Positions 17,966 to 40,049 of a stretch of 64,000 nt of DNA are shown here, in pieces. Source of the stretch: the human T2T-CHM13v2.0 reference genome, Homo sapiens. The stretch lies in NCBI RefSeq assembly GCF_009914755.1, contig NC_060941.1; one strand, written 5' to 3'. A model generated the notes under the pieces. The model saw only the letters and a program-made list of their open reading frames with translations. It was not told the DNA's origin and did no database searches. The translations under genes were made by a program, and so were the position numbers. Each line of letters begins with the position of its first letter. The stretch's first letter is position 1.

Positions 17966-20435
17966 TTAGCTGGGTGTGGTGGTGTACCATGTGGTGGTAT
18001 AGTCCTAGCTACATGGGAGGCTGAGACAGGAGGATCACTTGAGCCCAGGGGTTTGAGGCTGCAGTGAGCTATCACTGTGCCACCTCATTGCAGCCTGGGC
18101 TACAGAGACTCTGTCCCTAAATATATAAAAAATAAATAAAAAATAAAAGGGATGAGAGTTAAGGTATTAAAAAATAAGTATTTTACCTGCCTTCAGAAAT
18201 TTCCCACAATTCAAAATTCAAAAATGTTTATGTGGCTAAGAAATGAAGAATCAAACTTCAAATTACAAACAGAATTACTGAAAATTTTAAATGAGCTTTG
18301 CAAATACATTAATTCAGAACTAAAAGTCTGATATGATGTCACATTAAAGCAAGAAGCCCAGAAGGGACAAGCAGAGTGACAGCACCAAATGGGCAGCCAG
18401 AAATACAAGGAAGTCCAAGCCCCTCATGAGCAACTTAGTTTTCATGACTTTTTTCCAACTTTTATTTTAGATTCAGGGGGTTATTACTTTGTTTGAGGGG
18501 AAAAGGTGTCAACAACTTTTCTCTGCAATGTTTAGCCAAAGGTAATCTAATAAATAATCAAATAATCTTTCCCACACAAGCCTCGAGCAGATTCTAATGG
18601 CCTGAAAAGTACAAATGATGCTCAATTTGAATTTTAAACAATATTGTTCCACTTTCATTCTATAAAGAAAATGAAAATATAATTTACTCTGAAAGGCACT
18701 TTTAAAAATTCAATTCCTGGCTTATTTCCAGTAACTTACAAATATTCCCTATACATAACTTTCATTGATCCCTTTAAAACTTTAAAAATCACACATACAG
18801 TAAATAAACCTTCGGTAACACTATAAAAACAATTACTATTACTTCTAGCAATTACTTATCAAGGCAAATAAACAGCTACTGAATTTACCATTGAACTTTC
18901 TTTAGTCATAGTAACGAGAGATATCTGGTACTCCATTGCATTTACTGAAAAAATGTTTACAGACTTAAGACTTGTTTACTCTTCTAATAGTCACCTACTA
19001 CACAATTCTCATCTTACAAGGGAAGGTCTCTTGTTGATCTTCAGAGCATGAAATCAGAGACAGCTTTAGTATGTAGATCCCCAAGTAAAAATAGAACAGA
19101 TTCCAGGGACTCAAAATGAGAAGGCGGAGGAAGAACAACTCTTATTTAAGAAAACAACCTACAGTTCTATTCAAAATCATAAAATGGATGATTATATTTC
19201 ATATAATTTGGATACCAAGTGTTGAATAATTCAAGATTGCACTTTTAGAATTCATTTTACCTTGGGATTACTAATAGGATTCTAGCATCTGCTATTGATA
19301 TTGCAACAATATAGGATTCAGAATTGCTAAACAACTTCCTCTTTATAAAAATGACTAACCTTAAAATACAGTCTGATTTACAACCAGTAATCTGAAGACC
19401 AATTTTAACTCATACTTTCTACCTTCTGAAAGGCTTTTACACTAATTAAATAAACATCAAATGTTAGTACTAACCAACAATAACCATGAATGCCTCACTC
19501 AGACTAAAAGCCTAAATCCTTACCTGTAAAAACCACACAGACTCCCCTCCACACCCTTTGTTGCTCCTTATCCAGACTTATACCGAAATAATCCTAAATA
19601 TGTATTAGATAGCTAATACACTTGTTTTGTATGGTCCTTCACAGTAGATGAGTTACTGCAGTCTCATCTATACAGCTTACATTTTCTTCTTCTTCTTTTT
19701 TTTTTTTTTTTTGAGACAGAGTCACGCGCTGTTGCCCAGGCTGGAGTGCAGTGGCGCGATCTCGGCTCACTGCAACCTCTGCCTCCTGGGTTCAAGCGAT
19801 TCTTCTTGCCTCAGCCTCCCAAGTGGCTGGGACTATAGGTGTGCACCACCATGCCCGGCTAATTTTTGTATTTTTAGTAGAGACGGGGTTTCACTATGTT
19901 GGCCAGGCTGGTCTTGAACTCCTGACCTCGTGATCCACCCGCCTCGGCCTCCCAAAGTGCTGTGATTACAGGTGTGAGCCACCGCGTCCAGCTCCAGCTT
20001 ACATTTTCAATAGAAGTCAAGAAAGGAAGACAGAGGAAACTTAAACTCTGTGATTCATTCAAAATATATTTGCTGAGTATCTATATATGCCCAGTATTGT
20101 GTTATGTGCTAGTGATATAATGTAGCACAGGATCAGACGCGGTGGCTCATGCCTGTAATCCCAGCACTTTGGGAGACCAAGGCGGGCGGATCACTTGAGG
20201 TCAGGAGTTGGAGACCAACCTGGCCAACACAGTGAAACCCCGTCTCTACTAAAAATACAAAAATTAGCCGGGCATGGTGGTGTATGCTTGTAATCTCAGC
20301 CACTCAGGAGGCGGAGGCAGGAGGATCGCTTGAGCCCAGGAGGCGGAGGTTGCAGTGAGCCAAGATCATGCCACTGCACTCCAGCCCTGGGCAACAGAGT
20401 TACTCCAGCTCAAAAAAATAATAATAAATGTACCA

Positions 20436-20578
20436 CAGGTTGAGTATCCCTTATCTAAAATGCTTGGGACCAAAAACATTCTGGATTTCAGATTTTGGAA
20501 TATTTGCATACACATAATGAGACATCCTGGAAATGTAACCCAAGTCTATTAAACACAAAATTTATTTATGTTTCATTC
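20436..20578 (+). mobile_element. Tigger4a/MER46 (Zombi) 5' fragment
   Basis: TIR caggttgagtatcccttatctaaaatgcttgggacc followed by ttttggaatatttgcatacacataatgagac. Confidence 0.82.
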
Positions 20579-20579
20579 A

Positions 20580-21905
<1,326 letters not shown>

Positions 21906-22477
21906 TCATGAGATCAGCAGTTCAAGACCAGCCTGGCCAACATGGTGACACCCCACCACTACTAAAATACAAAAATTAACTAGGCATGGTGGCATGTGCC
22001 TATAATTCCAGGTACTCAGGAGGCTGAGGCACAAGAATCACTTGAACCTGGGAGGCAGAGGTTGCAGTCAGCTGAGATTATGCCACTGCACTCCAGCCTG
22101 GGAGACACAACAAGACTCCGTCTCAAAAAAATAAAAATAAAAATAAAAATTAATTAATTAATAATAATAGGGCCGGGCACGGTCGCTCACACCTGTAATC
22201 CCAGCACTTTGGGAGGCCAAGGCAGGCAGATCACGAGGTCAAGAGTTCAAGACCAGCCTGGCCAACATGGTGAAACCCAGTCTCTACTAAGAATACAAAA
22301 ATTAGGCTGGGCGAGGTGGCTCACGCCTGTAATCTCAGCACTTTGGGAGGCCGAGGTGGGCAGATCACGAGGTCAGGAGTTTGAAAACAGCCTGACCAAC
22401 ATGGTGAAACCCTGTCTCTACTAAAATACAAAAATTAGCCAGATGTCGTGGCGCATGCGTGTAGTCCCAGCTACTCA

Positions 22478-23150
<673 letters not shown>

Positions 23151-23578
23151 AGGACACTGTAATATAACATCTTCACAATACCCAAAATGAGTTTCAAAGG
23201 CCTGTTACTTATAGCATACCTATTCAAAGTGGGAGAGAGGGGACCTCACCATCTTGCTCAGGCTGGTCTCAAAACTCCTGGACTCAAGCAATCCTCCTGC
23301 CTCGGCCTCCCAAAATGTTGGGATTACAGAAGTTAAGTCACTGCACCCAGCGCTTAAAACTTTTTCAGAATCTTCTTATATACAAATGAGCAAATTTCTA
23401 TCTTACATATTATGGCTAATGTAACTAACTTAGAACATTGTTGGCCAGGCGTGGTAACTCACACCTGTATTCCCAGCACTTTGGGAGGCTGAGAAGGGTG
23501 GATCACCTGAGGTCAGGAGTTTAGGACCAGCCTGGCCAACATGGTGAAACCTCGTCTCTACCAAAAATACAAAAATTA

Positions 23579-23767
<189 letters not shown>

Positions 23768-24133
23768 TCACCTTGAACATTTCAAAATAAATAATAAAGA
23801 ATTCAGAGAACATCTGGCTCTGAACAGTGTCAGTCTCCAAATTAAACTAATTGTAAAAATGTGCACCCAGCAACTTAGACGTAATTATTTAGGTTATAAT
23901 TTATCTATTTAAATCACTCTTAGATGATGCAGCTATATCATTTTCCTGATAATGATGTCTTCGCCATTCCAACAGAGAAAATGTTTGAATCCAGCTCATT
24001 TAAAAATAGTATGAGGCTGGACGTGTTGGCTCACGTCTGTAATCCCAGCACTTTGGGAGGCCGAGGAGGGCAGATCACGAGGTCAGGAGGTCGAGACCAT
24101 CCTGGCTAACATGGTGAAACCCCGCCTCTACTA

Positions 24134-24461
<328 letters not shown>

Positions 24462-25464
24462 TTAAAAATAAGAGAAACTGAATGCAGGGTATGTAAGAAC
24501 TCACTGTACTATTCTCACAGTTCTTCTGTGTATCTGAAACTCTTCTAAAAAGGTTTATTTAAAAACAAAAATCCTATCACAGTCATATTGCTTCCCCAAT
24601 AGCCATGCCATATGGCTTAGAGGCTGAAGAGGGTAGCAGGCAACACAATACCCTCGTCTGTGCCACTGCTGCACCTGCAAGAGTTAAATATAAACCAAAC
24701 TGGATAACGAGAATTTTGTTGTATCCATTTGGCAAATGCTCAGGGCAGAAGAAGAGCAAAGGTGTCATCCTAAGGGAGAGATGTAGAAATAACCAGAGAA
24801 GATAGCAAAAATACAGTATTTTCCTAGGGGAACTATCATACCATAAATGTTCACAGCAGTCTGAAAATCAGAAATTATTCTGAGCTTTGTCAGTGCCAAG
24901 TAAAAGAAGAAAAAAGAATGAACAGAAAAAAGAAATTAGCACAGCCTAAAGTACTAATGAGGATAATATAAACCTTACGCACTGCTAAATACAAAAAAAT
25001 AGGGAAATACAATCCTCTGTTTACCTAGGGTGAAAGAGTATCAAGGAAGACCTCGGAATAACACTCCTCTCTCTATATAAACCTTAAATAAGTAATTTAG
25101 TTTTAGAATCCTAAAGCCCAAAAGATGGCAAACAGACTCAAAATACCAGATGCGGCCATCACCAATAGTTATTAGTTCCCCTTCCAAAAGTTACAAAGAC
25201 TTCAGAGTTTAACAGACAGTGTGCAGTGGTATAAAATGCGGTGGTCTTGGCCAGGTGCAGTGGCTCACGCCTGCAATCCCAGCACTTCGAAAGGCTGAGG
25301 CGGGTGAGGTGAGGAGTTAGAGACCAGCCTGGCCAACATGGTGAAACTCCGTCTTTTAAATATATTTGACACATCCTCAAAAAAAGTGACAAAATCAAAG
25401 GATCATATGACCCCACAGGCTCCCCAGGACCTAAGTAGAAAAGGGATCATCGTATCAACATTAA

Positions 25465-25668
<204 letters not shown>

Positions 25669-26056
25669 TAAATGACAAGTTTGAAGATTAATGAAGTCTA
25701 GCTGTCTTGGTTCTGCTATTGCAAATAAGTGAAACTTAGTATTCTCTTTTGGAAACTACGGTCAGAAAGCTGGGTAGGAAATTTAAGGCTGCTAGGGCAG
25801 AGGACCAGACAGGAACTTCAGAGATGTGGGAGGAAAAGCCAAGAAGAAAACAATGTTAATTTTTGTAGTAATTTTTTAAATTATACAGAAAAGCTATAGT
25901 CATGACAGAGTTGTTCATTAAAGAAAATACTTCAGGGGTGGGCGTGGTGGCTGTATTATAGATAATACAGCTAGATCATTTTCCTGATAATGACATTTTC
26001 ACCATTCCTACAGAGAAAATGTTTGAATCCAGCTCATTCAAAAATATTTTGTATGA

Positions 26057-29699
<3,643 letters not shown>

Positions 29700-29840
29700 T
29701 CACATCAATTACCTTTGCGTTCCCGCAGCATCTCAATACAACGGCATATAAGGGCTCAATAAATAAACTTTTATGCTGATCCTTTATTCCATTTTCCAAG
29801 CAACCACACAAGTTTAAATGAAGACTGCTATTTAAAATTA

Positions 29841-29987
<147 letters not shown>

Positions 29988-30315
29988 TTAAGACGGAATT
30001 TCTGTCTTAAACTACAGGTTTCTCTATTTCAACTTCCTGTTCCTTGAACATGTTAATAGAGCAACCATGTAGTTGTATTTATAACTACAAATATTAAGTT
30101 CTTTATTTGAAAAAGGATTGATAATAATGCATGGTTACAGGTGACTTTTTTTAAAAACTTCTTATTCTGAAATACAGTCCCATAGGACAAGGGGGAACTG
30201 TACAGAAAGGTTTCCTGTAACCTTTACCCAGTTTCTCCCAAATGCTAACACCCTGTATAACTCTAGCACAATATCAAACCCAAGAAATCGACAGTGGTGC
30301 AATCCATATACTTTA

Positions 30316-30731
30316 TAGTCCCCCCACCCCTGCCCCATCGGCATTTTCAATTACTTGTGGTCAAGCCCAGTCTGAAAATATTAAATGGAAAATAACAGAA
30401 AAAATAAACAATTCCTAAGTTGTAAATTTTGTGTTGTTCTAAGTAGCATGATGAAATCTCACACTGTCCCTCCTGCCTATCACTTAGCAGTGCCTGGTTT
30501 CAAGTAACCCTTATTTTACTTAATAATGGCCCCAGAGTGCAAGAGTAGTAATGCCGGCATATTGTTATCATTGCTCTGTGTTATTATTGTTGTTAGACTA
30601 ACATAAATTAAATCCTATCATAGGTATGCATATATAGGAGAAAGCACAAGGTTCAGGACTATCAGTGGTTTCAGGCATCCCCTGGAGGTCTTGGAAAGTA
30701 TTTATCCCATGCAGATAAGGGAGGACTACTG
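30316..30731 (+). mobile_element. MER44 (Tigger7-derived) DNA transposon inserted in an antisense L1MC 3' region (~30150-30970)
   Basis: TIR remnants tagtcccccc ... gataagggaggactactg-TA; internal tcaagtaacccttattttacttaataatggcccc. Confidence 0.85.
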
Positions 30732-31279
30732 TATTCAGATGTCATCACTCGGTTGTGTGTGTGTGTGTGGGGGGGGGGGGGGGTGGGTGTATAACTCTAT
30801 GCAATTTTATCACATTTGCAGATGTGTGTAATCACTATCAAGATACAAGACTGTTCATCACCACAAAGATCCCTCATGTTACTGTATACCACATATCCCT
30901 CATGTCCCTAAATCCCTGAACACCACTATTCTCCATCACTGTAATTCTGTCATTTCAAGAATTTTATACAAAGGTGCCAAGACCACCCATAAAGAAGGAC
31001 AATCTAGCCAAGATCCCGCCACTGCACTCCAGCCTGGGCAACAAGAGCGGAACTCTGTCTCAAAAAAAACAAAAAAAATAGACTGGATGTGGTGGCTCAC
31101 ACCTGTAATCCCAACATTCTGGGAGGCCAAGACAGGAGGACTGCTTGAGCCCAGGAGTTCAAAACCAGCCTGGGCAACACAGCAAGACCCCATCTCTATT
31201 TTTATAAAAAATTTTTAAAAGATATATGTAGACACAAAGAGAGAGAGACCCTGTCTCTTAAAAAAGAAAAAAAAAAGCA

Positions 31280-31920
31280 AGCTGTTTTCTATCTATAGTG
31301 GATATACAATTATACATTCCCACCAGCAATGTATAAAAGTTCAAGTTTCTCCAAGTCCCTGGCAGCATTTAGTGTTACAGTTTTTTTAATTTTAACTATT
31401 CTAACAGGTAAGTAGTGATATCTTACGGTGATTTCAATTTGCATTTCCCTGATGTCTAATAATGTTGAACATGTTGTCACTTGTTTGCTATTTGTATGTC
31501 CTCTTCAGTGAAATGTTTCTTGGTGTCTTTTGCCCTTATTTTTTAGGCAGGGCCTTGCTCTGTGGCCCAGGCTGGAGTGTAGCGGTGGTGAAGTCACAGC
31601 TCACTGCCGCCTCAAAATCCCCATCTCAAGCGATGCTCCTATTCAAGCCTCCCTAGTAGCTGAAACTACAGATGAGAGCCACCACACCTGTCTAATTTTG
31701 CCCATTTTTTTGAATTGACTTTTTTTTTTTAAACTGTTGAGGGTTCTTTAAATATTCTAGATACAATCAGTTGCCAGATATGTGATTTGCAAATGTTCTT
31801 CCAGTTTGTAGCTTGTCTTTGCATCCTCTTAACAGTCTTTAATCAGGTAAAAATTCTTAATTTTCATGATGTCCAGTTTACTAATATTTCCTTTTATGGC
31901 TCATGCTTTTGGCATCAAGT
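31280..31920 (-). mobile_element. L1M ORF2 3' fragment
   Basis: acattcccaccagcaatgtat; ttttaactattctaacaggt; aatttgcatttccctgatg; tttgcaaatgttcttccagtttg (antisense L1). Confidence 0.85.
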
Positions 31921-32354
31921 TGAAAAAGAACTTGGCTGGGCGCGTGGCTCACGCCTGTAATCCCAGCACTTTGGGAGGCTGAAGCAGGTGGATCACCTGA
32001 GGTCAGGAGTTCAAGACCAGCCTGACTAATATAGAGAAACCCTGTCTCTATTAAAAATACAAAATTAGCTGGGTGTGGTGGCCCATGCCTGTAATCTCAG
32101 CTACTCGGGAGGCTGCAGTGGGAGAATCGCTTGAACCCAGGTGGCAAGAAGTTGCGGTGAGCCGAGATCGTGCCACTGCACTTAAGCCTGGGCAACAAGA
32201 GCGAAACTCCATCTCAAAAAAATAAAATTAAAAAAAAAAAAGGAAAAAGAACTCTTTGCCTAGCATTACTCTGTCTTAACATAGAAACCCTAGAAAATAT
32301 ATACCTTACATAAGAATATGATAATGTAATTAAAATGCATGTACATTCAAAAGC

Positions 32355-32462
32355 AAAGGAAAAGTGTCTCCTGACATAAAGAACTTTTTTAAAAATTCCT
32401 ATTTGATAAAAGGAAAAGTGTCTCCTGACATAAAGAACTTTTTTAAAAATTCCTATTTGATA
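32355..32462. repeat. Perfect 54-bp tandem duplication
   Basis: aaaggaaaagtgtctcctgacataaagaacttttttaaaaattcctatttgata occurs twice, identical. Confidence 0.97.
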
Positions 32463-33004
32463 AACTTACTTAAAAGCAGTCTTGTTTTACAAGATTAAAG
32501 CAAACAAACAACAAACAGCTGCCAGGTAAAAATTTAAGGTCTTTGTTTTTTGTATTTTTAACATATCCCTAGCCAATAGAAGAGTAAATAAGAATAGCTA
32601 AAGGAAAAAAAGCAAAGATACAGCAATAGCAGTTTTTCTAAGTCACTGGACATGGGTATAAAGGTTAAATAAAAGGTAAAATAAAATATTTCCGCTTACA
32701 AAAATTAACTTGTTGCAAATCTAGAACATAACTTTATAAAAAGAGGTATACATCTCTACAGCAACAGCAATACAGTACAGTATTTCTTCCAGAAGTTTCT
32801 ATGAGGGCCAGAATCTATCAATGGAACAGCACTGATAAAAACTTCTGATTAGACCGGGCGCGATGGCTCACGCCTGTAATCCCAACACTTTGGGAGGCCA
32901 AGGCAGGCCAAGGAGACCATCCTGGCCAACATGGTGAAACTCCATCTCTACTAAAAATACAAAAATGATCCAGGGGTGGTGGCGTGTGCCTGTAGTCCCA
33001 GCTA

Positions 33005-33112
<108 letters not shown>

Positions 33113-33892
33113 TCAAAAATAAAAAAAAAACAAAAACAAAAAAAACTGCTGATTAACTCAAATTAGCCCAATACTATCTTGCACTAGGGGGAAAAAGTTT
33201 AGAATGTTTTATTGTAACATTTAAATATCTTATTTCCTGAAACTACATTTTATTCTTTATCATTTATCTGTTTATACCAATAATTCATATTCATTACCAA
33301 AATTTGGAAAATGTTTGCTTTTTCTGATTTGTACTTTTCTGTACCTGAAATGCTATTAACCATATAAAACTACACTATGTTTACCTTGCCAGATTTGTTT
33401 CCATAAGCCCACACTTCCTTCTCTGAAAAGTTATTTCCTACAAACCAATGAAAGGTAACATTAGACACACCCTTAGAGGTCATCTAAATTCTAACAAAAA
33501 TTTAAATCTAAAAAAAAGGTTTCAATAATTAAGAAATGCCAAATTATTTATCCTAAATCAAACTGATCTCATTAAAAGAGTGCTTAATTAATACTTTACT
33601 TGCTTAAAGCAAAGGAATGCCCACACTGTACCCTCCTGCCAACAAAAAAATTGTACTGAAGTACCCAAGACCAAAAGAGGCGAAGGATTGAAACTCATCT
33701 TGACAGTGCAATCAAACATTCTTCACCTGAGAAAAGGAAGTCAAAAGGCAACAATATAATGATAGTCACTGGATTATCAGATTTTCCACCCTAGATCCAC
33801 TCTATTAAATAATGATAAATGCACCTAATTTCACAACTATATATGGAAATATCACAACATATAATGTGTATTAACAAACTATATAATAAAAC

Positions 33893-35246
<1,354 letters not shown>

Positions 35247-35585
35247 GACATATTTGTCAATGATGGGTTGCTTCCACAAAAAGAACTTATGGCCAGGGTG
35301 AAAAGACTATGTTTTTTTGTACTCTTTGCATTTTTAACCAATGCTTATAATACCTTTTCAAAAGATAAAATGTTTTAAAAGTATCTCCTGTGCTGAGGGA
35401 TTTTTTAGTGTTTAACATAAGGCACTGCAAAACTTGAATTGCCACCGCTCAATTTGCAAAGGAGTAAGTCATAGTCTAATAATATCCACAGAGAAATACA
35501 CAACCTATCTGATTTCATGAATCTGTTAGGTGTCTTTATTTGCTTAACAATTAGCCATAATGGTCTTCTCTGAAACATTTTAACT

Positions 35586-35794
35586 CAGTAATCTTCAATC
35601 TGGGATGATTTTGTCCCTCAGGAGACATTTGGCAATGGAGACATTTATGGTTGTCACAACTAAGGGAGTATGCTACTGGCATCTAGTGGGTGAAGGCCAC
35701 GAATGCTGCTGAACATTCTATCTATAATGCACAGAATAGGCCCTACAACAATACTCAACCCAAAACGTCAGTAGCGCCAAGACTGAGACACTCC
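35586..35794 (+). mobile_element. MER20 (hAT-Charlie)
   Basis: gattttgtccctcaggagacatttggcaatg; ggttgtcacaact; tgctactggcatctagtggg; cccaaaacgtcagtagcgccaagactgaga. Confidence 0.88.
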
Positions 35795-36014
35795 ACAACC
35801 CAAGGAACCATTTTGTTCAATTCTGAAAGTAACCAGATTCTTCATTATGTTATCAACAAAACATACCCGATATATTCTACCAAGTAATTAATTTAAATCC
35901 TTAAGGATTGACAGACTAGAGGTTCAATAAATGTAGCCATTGTTGTTTTAAGTTTTTGGAAATTTTATACAAAAATTAGCCTGGCGTGGTAGTACATGCC
36001 TGTAATCTCAGCTA

Positions 36015-36299
<285 letters not shown>

Positions 36300-36935
36300 T
36301 CACTTGAACCCAGAGGCAGAAGTTGTCATCAGCCAAGATCTCGCCACTGCACCCCAGTTTGGGCAACAAAGTAAAACTCTGTCTCAAAAATAAAATAAAA
36401 CAAGGCTTTTATTTCACTGTGTGTAGTTATCGAATCTTTCCAATAAATTTGATATGTTTACATTTCAATTAAAATTCATTTGCCTTGCCCTACTACTTTG
36501 TACATTTTGAGCATGTTAATTAACATGCTTCAAATTTTAAAAAAAAATTAAAAACAATCCCATTGTTTCTGATCAAGAAGGCAGGAAAACTTAAATCTGC
36601 AGCTAAGTAACTTTACAATGAGGCCTGAAAAAATACAAATTAAATTGTTCTCTCCTCTATCTTAAAGTGTATTTTAGTATGCCCCATCAGAAAGTCAATC
36701 ATTAAGAGCGAGCTTTGGGACGTTTTATTAATATTTGCTATATACATTGTCAAAAAAAAGTGCAAAACGGAACCAGATGACCATCAAAATCTAGAGCTGG
36801 TTCACAAACGGATAGGAAATCCTTTCACACATTGCTGCTGCTGACATTGTTATCTTATTTTACTTTCTTAGTAATGCATAACTTCTTTCACACCTTTTAA
36901 ATGTTTATCTTTTCCATTATGTAAGAATTCAGAGA

Positions 36936-38144
<1,209 letters not shown>

Positions 38145-39533
38145 TCAGTGCTTTTCCAGCACATAATTTTTATGAGTATCCTGTAGTATCATTAGAACTT
38201 CTCCATTTACTGCAAGCTAACTCCCCCTGAGCATCTAGAACTTTAATACTTGTCCAAACCTGCTTGCTCATGGTCTAATAATAAACCCAATTATACAATC
38301 TGTAAGAATCCCTGACAACCTTTTCCTTAAGAAGCCATAAAGGTGATTTAACGAACACCTCAAACTCTTAGTAAATGTATTTCAAAAACAGATTTCATCA
38401 CTCCAGTCTTTGGCTTCTGCTGAGGGCTAGAGGCTACTGGTTTTAGAGTGGGTAGGGGGAAGATCGCTTGAACTGAGAATGACACACGCCGGGTGTTGTA
38501 CAGCAGGGGTAAGTGCTGGTTCATTTCTCTTTAAATCTGGCAGCACGTGGGGCTGCATTGTGAAGCCACCAACCCGCCTCCCCCCTTCCACTCCGCACAC
38601 GGACGTCTCCACTGCGCATGCTCCGCGCACACAGTCCTAGCAGAGTAGGAGCCAACCCCCTAAAAAGTCAACCTGGAAGCCGCAAACGGCCGGAGGCCGG
38701 GACAATGGGGGAGGGGGGCCGCAGGCTCCTCGGGGAGGCCGACCCGGCCGCCGCCCCGGGCCAGAGCCTGCGGGCGCAGCTCCGGGGTTTGCAGGCCTGC
38801 GCAGCAGCCGGAATCGCGGCGAGCACAAAGCCCGGAGCCGGCCAGCGAGCGGCTCTCCCCGCGGCCCGCTCCTACCCTCCCCCAGCCGGGCGGCGCAGCC
38901 GGAGCCCGTGCCAGGCGGAGGCAGGCGAGGCGGCGATCCGCACTCCGCCAGGGTCTCCGGCACCCTCGCGCCCGCGTGGAGGCCGCCGAGGCCAGCGCTT
39001 TTGTTGTCGGCCCCAACTCCGCGGACCCAGCGCCGCCCGGGGAGAAGTTTTGTGCGCCTCACCTATCCCGCCAGGGCCGGTCCCTTCCGCCCGCCCTCAG
39101 ACACCGAGCCGGGGACTCGCAGCCGCACTGGGTCCGGACGCTCCAGCCGGCCCCGAAGGTCCGGCGGCCCCGGCAGCACCTGAACCCGGGACCCGCCCCT
39201 CCAAGCTGGCGGCCCCGGCCTGGGGACCCGCACACAGCCCCTCCCCCGCAACGTCCTACAGAACGGTGGGGGAGGGGACCTCCTCCTCTCCGACCCCCCG
39301 GGCGCCAGGCCCCGTCCCTGGGCCGGAGCTGGGTCGCGTCCCCGCCCCCAGTGCCCTCCAAGAGCCGGGCGAGAACGGCTGGGCCCGGCCGGGACCGGAG
39401 CCTCGAGGTCCCCACCCTCGCAGGCCCGGGCCCCTTCGGCAGTACGGCCGCTGGCCCGGGAGGAGAAGAGGGACTGGGCTGCGGCTGTCCGCGATCGCGG
39501 CCGGGCCCGGCGCCCCGCCGCCCGCCTGCTCAC

Positions 39534-39579
39534 CTGCCAGCTGTCTTCGCAGTAGCAGTGCCGACTGCAGCTCCGTCAT
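39534..39579 (-). CDS. UBE2G1: UBE2G1 (ubiquitin-conjugating enzyme E2 G1) first coding exon, 46 nt, phase-1 end
   Basis: Minus strand reads ggcagggaggATGACGGAGCTGCAGTCGGCACTGCTACTGCGAAGACAGCTGGCAG|gtgagc = MTELQSALLLRRQLA+G, the recognisable UBE2G1 N-terminus. Good Kozak context (A at -3) and a canonical AG|GTGAGC donor at 39533. Confidence 0.97.
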
Positions 39580-39940
39580 CCTCCCTGCCGAGGGCCCGGG
39601 CTGGCGCCGGGGCTTCCGAAGGGCTGGGGACAGGCTCTGGGGGCGGCTGGAGCGGGGTGTGCCGAGGAACCCGGGCCCCGCGACCGGAGCGCCGGAGCCG
39701 AGGAAGGCCGGGCTGAGGCGGCGGGAGCGGCGCCTCGCTGCCGGTGCGAGTCCGCTCGCTTCAGCTCTTTTCACAGCGACTCACGCCCGGAAGGGGAGGG
39801 TGCCCGGGCTGCCGCGGCGCGCACTGGGACTTCGCTCGCCCGCTTCCCTCCTTCAACCCGCCCGTCGGCCCCACCGGTGCCTTCCCCCGCCACTGCCTCA
39901 CTGCGCGCAGGGCCGCTCGGCGCAGGCGCGCTGAGACTGC
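39580..39940 (-). other. UBE2G1: UBE2G1 exon 1 GC-rich 5'UTR (TSS position approximate)
   Basis: GC-rich sequence directly upstream of the ATG and downstream of the GC-box/NRF1 cluster. The exact TSS cannot be read from sequence. Confidence 0.7.
39920..39929. promoter_or_regulatory. NRF1-type motif GCGCAGGCGC
   Basis: Matches the NRF1 pattern GCGCnnGCGC near the presumed TSS. An ETS-type CCGGAAG is also present at 39787-39793. Confidence 0.6.
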
Positions 39941-39983
39941 CGACTTGGGAAGCGTCCCGCCCGCTAGCCCGACCCCTCGGCCT

Positions 39984-40016
39984 CCCGCCCCGCCCCCGGC
40001 GGCGGAACCCCGCCCC
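39984..40016 (-). promoter_or_regulatory. Cluster of Sp/KLF GC boxes
   Basis: CCCGCCCCGCCCC at 39984-39996 and CCCCGCCCC at 40008-40016 (GGGGCGGGG on the gene strand). Confidence 0.75.
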
Positions 40017-40037
40017 TTGAGCGCAGTTGTCCCGTCC

Positions 40038-40049
40038 GCCGCCATTTTG
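40038..40049 (+). promoter_or_regulatory. YY1 high-affinity motif GCCGCCATTTTG
   Basis: Exact match to the extended YY1 consensus (CAAAATGGCGGC on the gene strand) inside the CpG island. Confidence 0.8.

Noticed and set aside
39256-39533. Read-through of the UBE2G1 frame past the exon 1 donor (GEQAGGGAPG...)
   Set aside because: Intronic. Similarity to UBE2G1 ends exactly at the canonical AG|GTGAGC donor.
38618-39934. 438-aa plus-strand ORF and other long overlapping ORFs across the CpG island
   Set aside because: Low-complexity P/A/G/R composition, open frames on both strands and no recognisable domain. This is expected from stop-codon scarcity in very GC-rich DNA.
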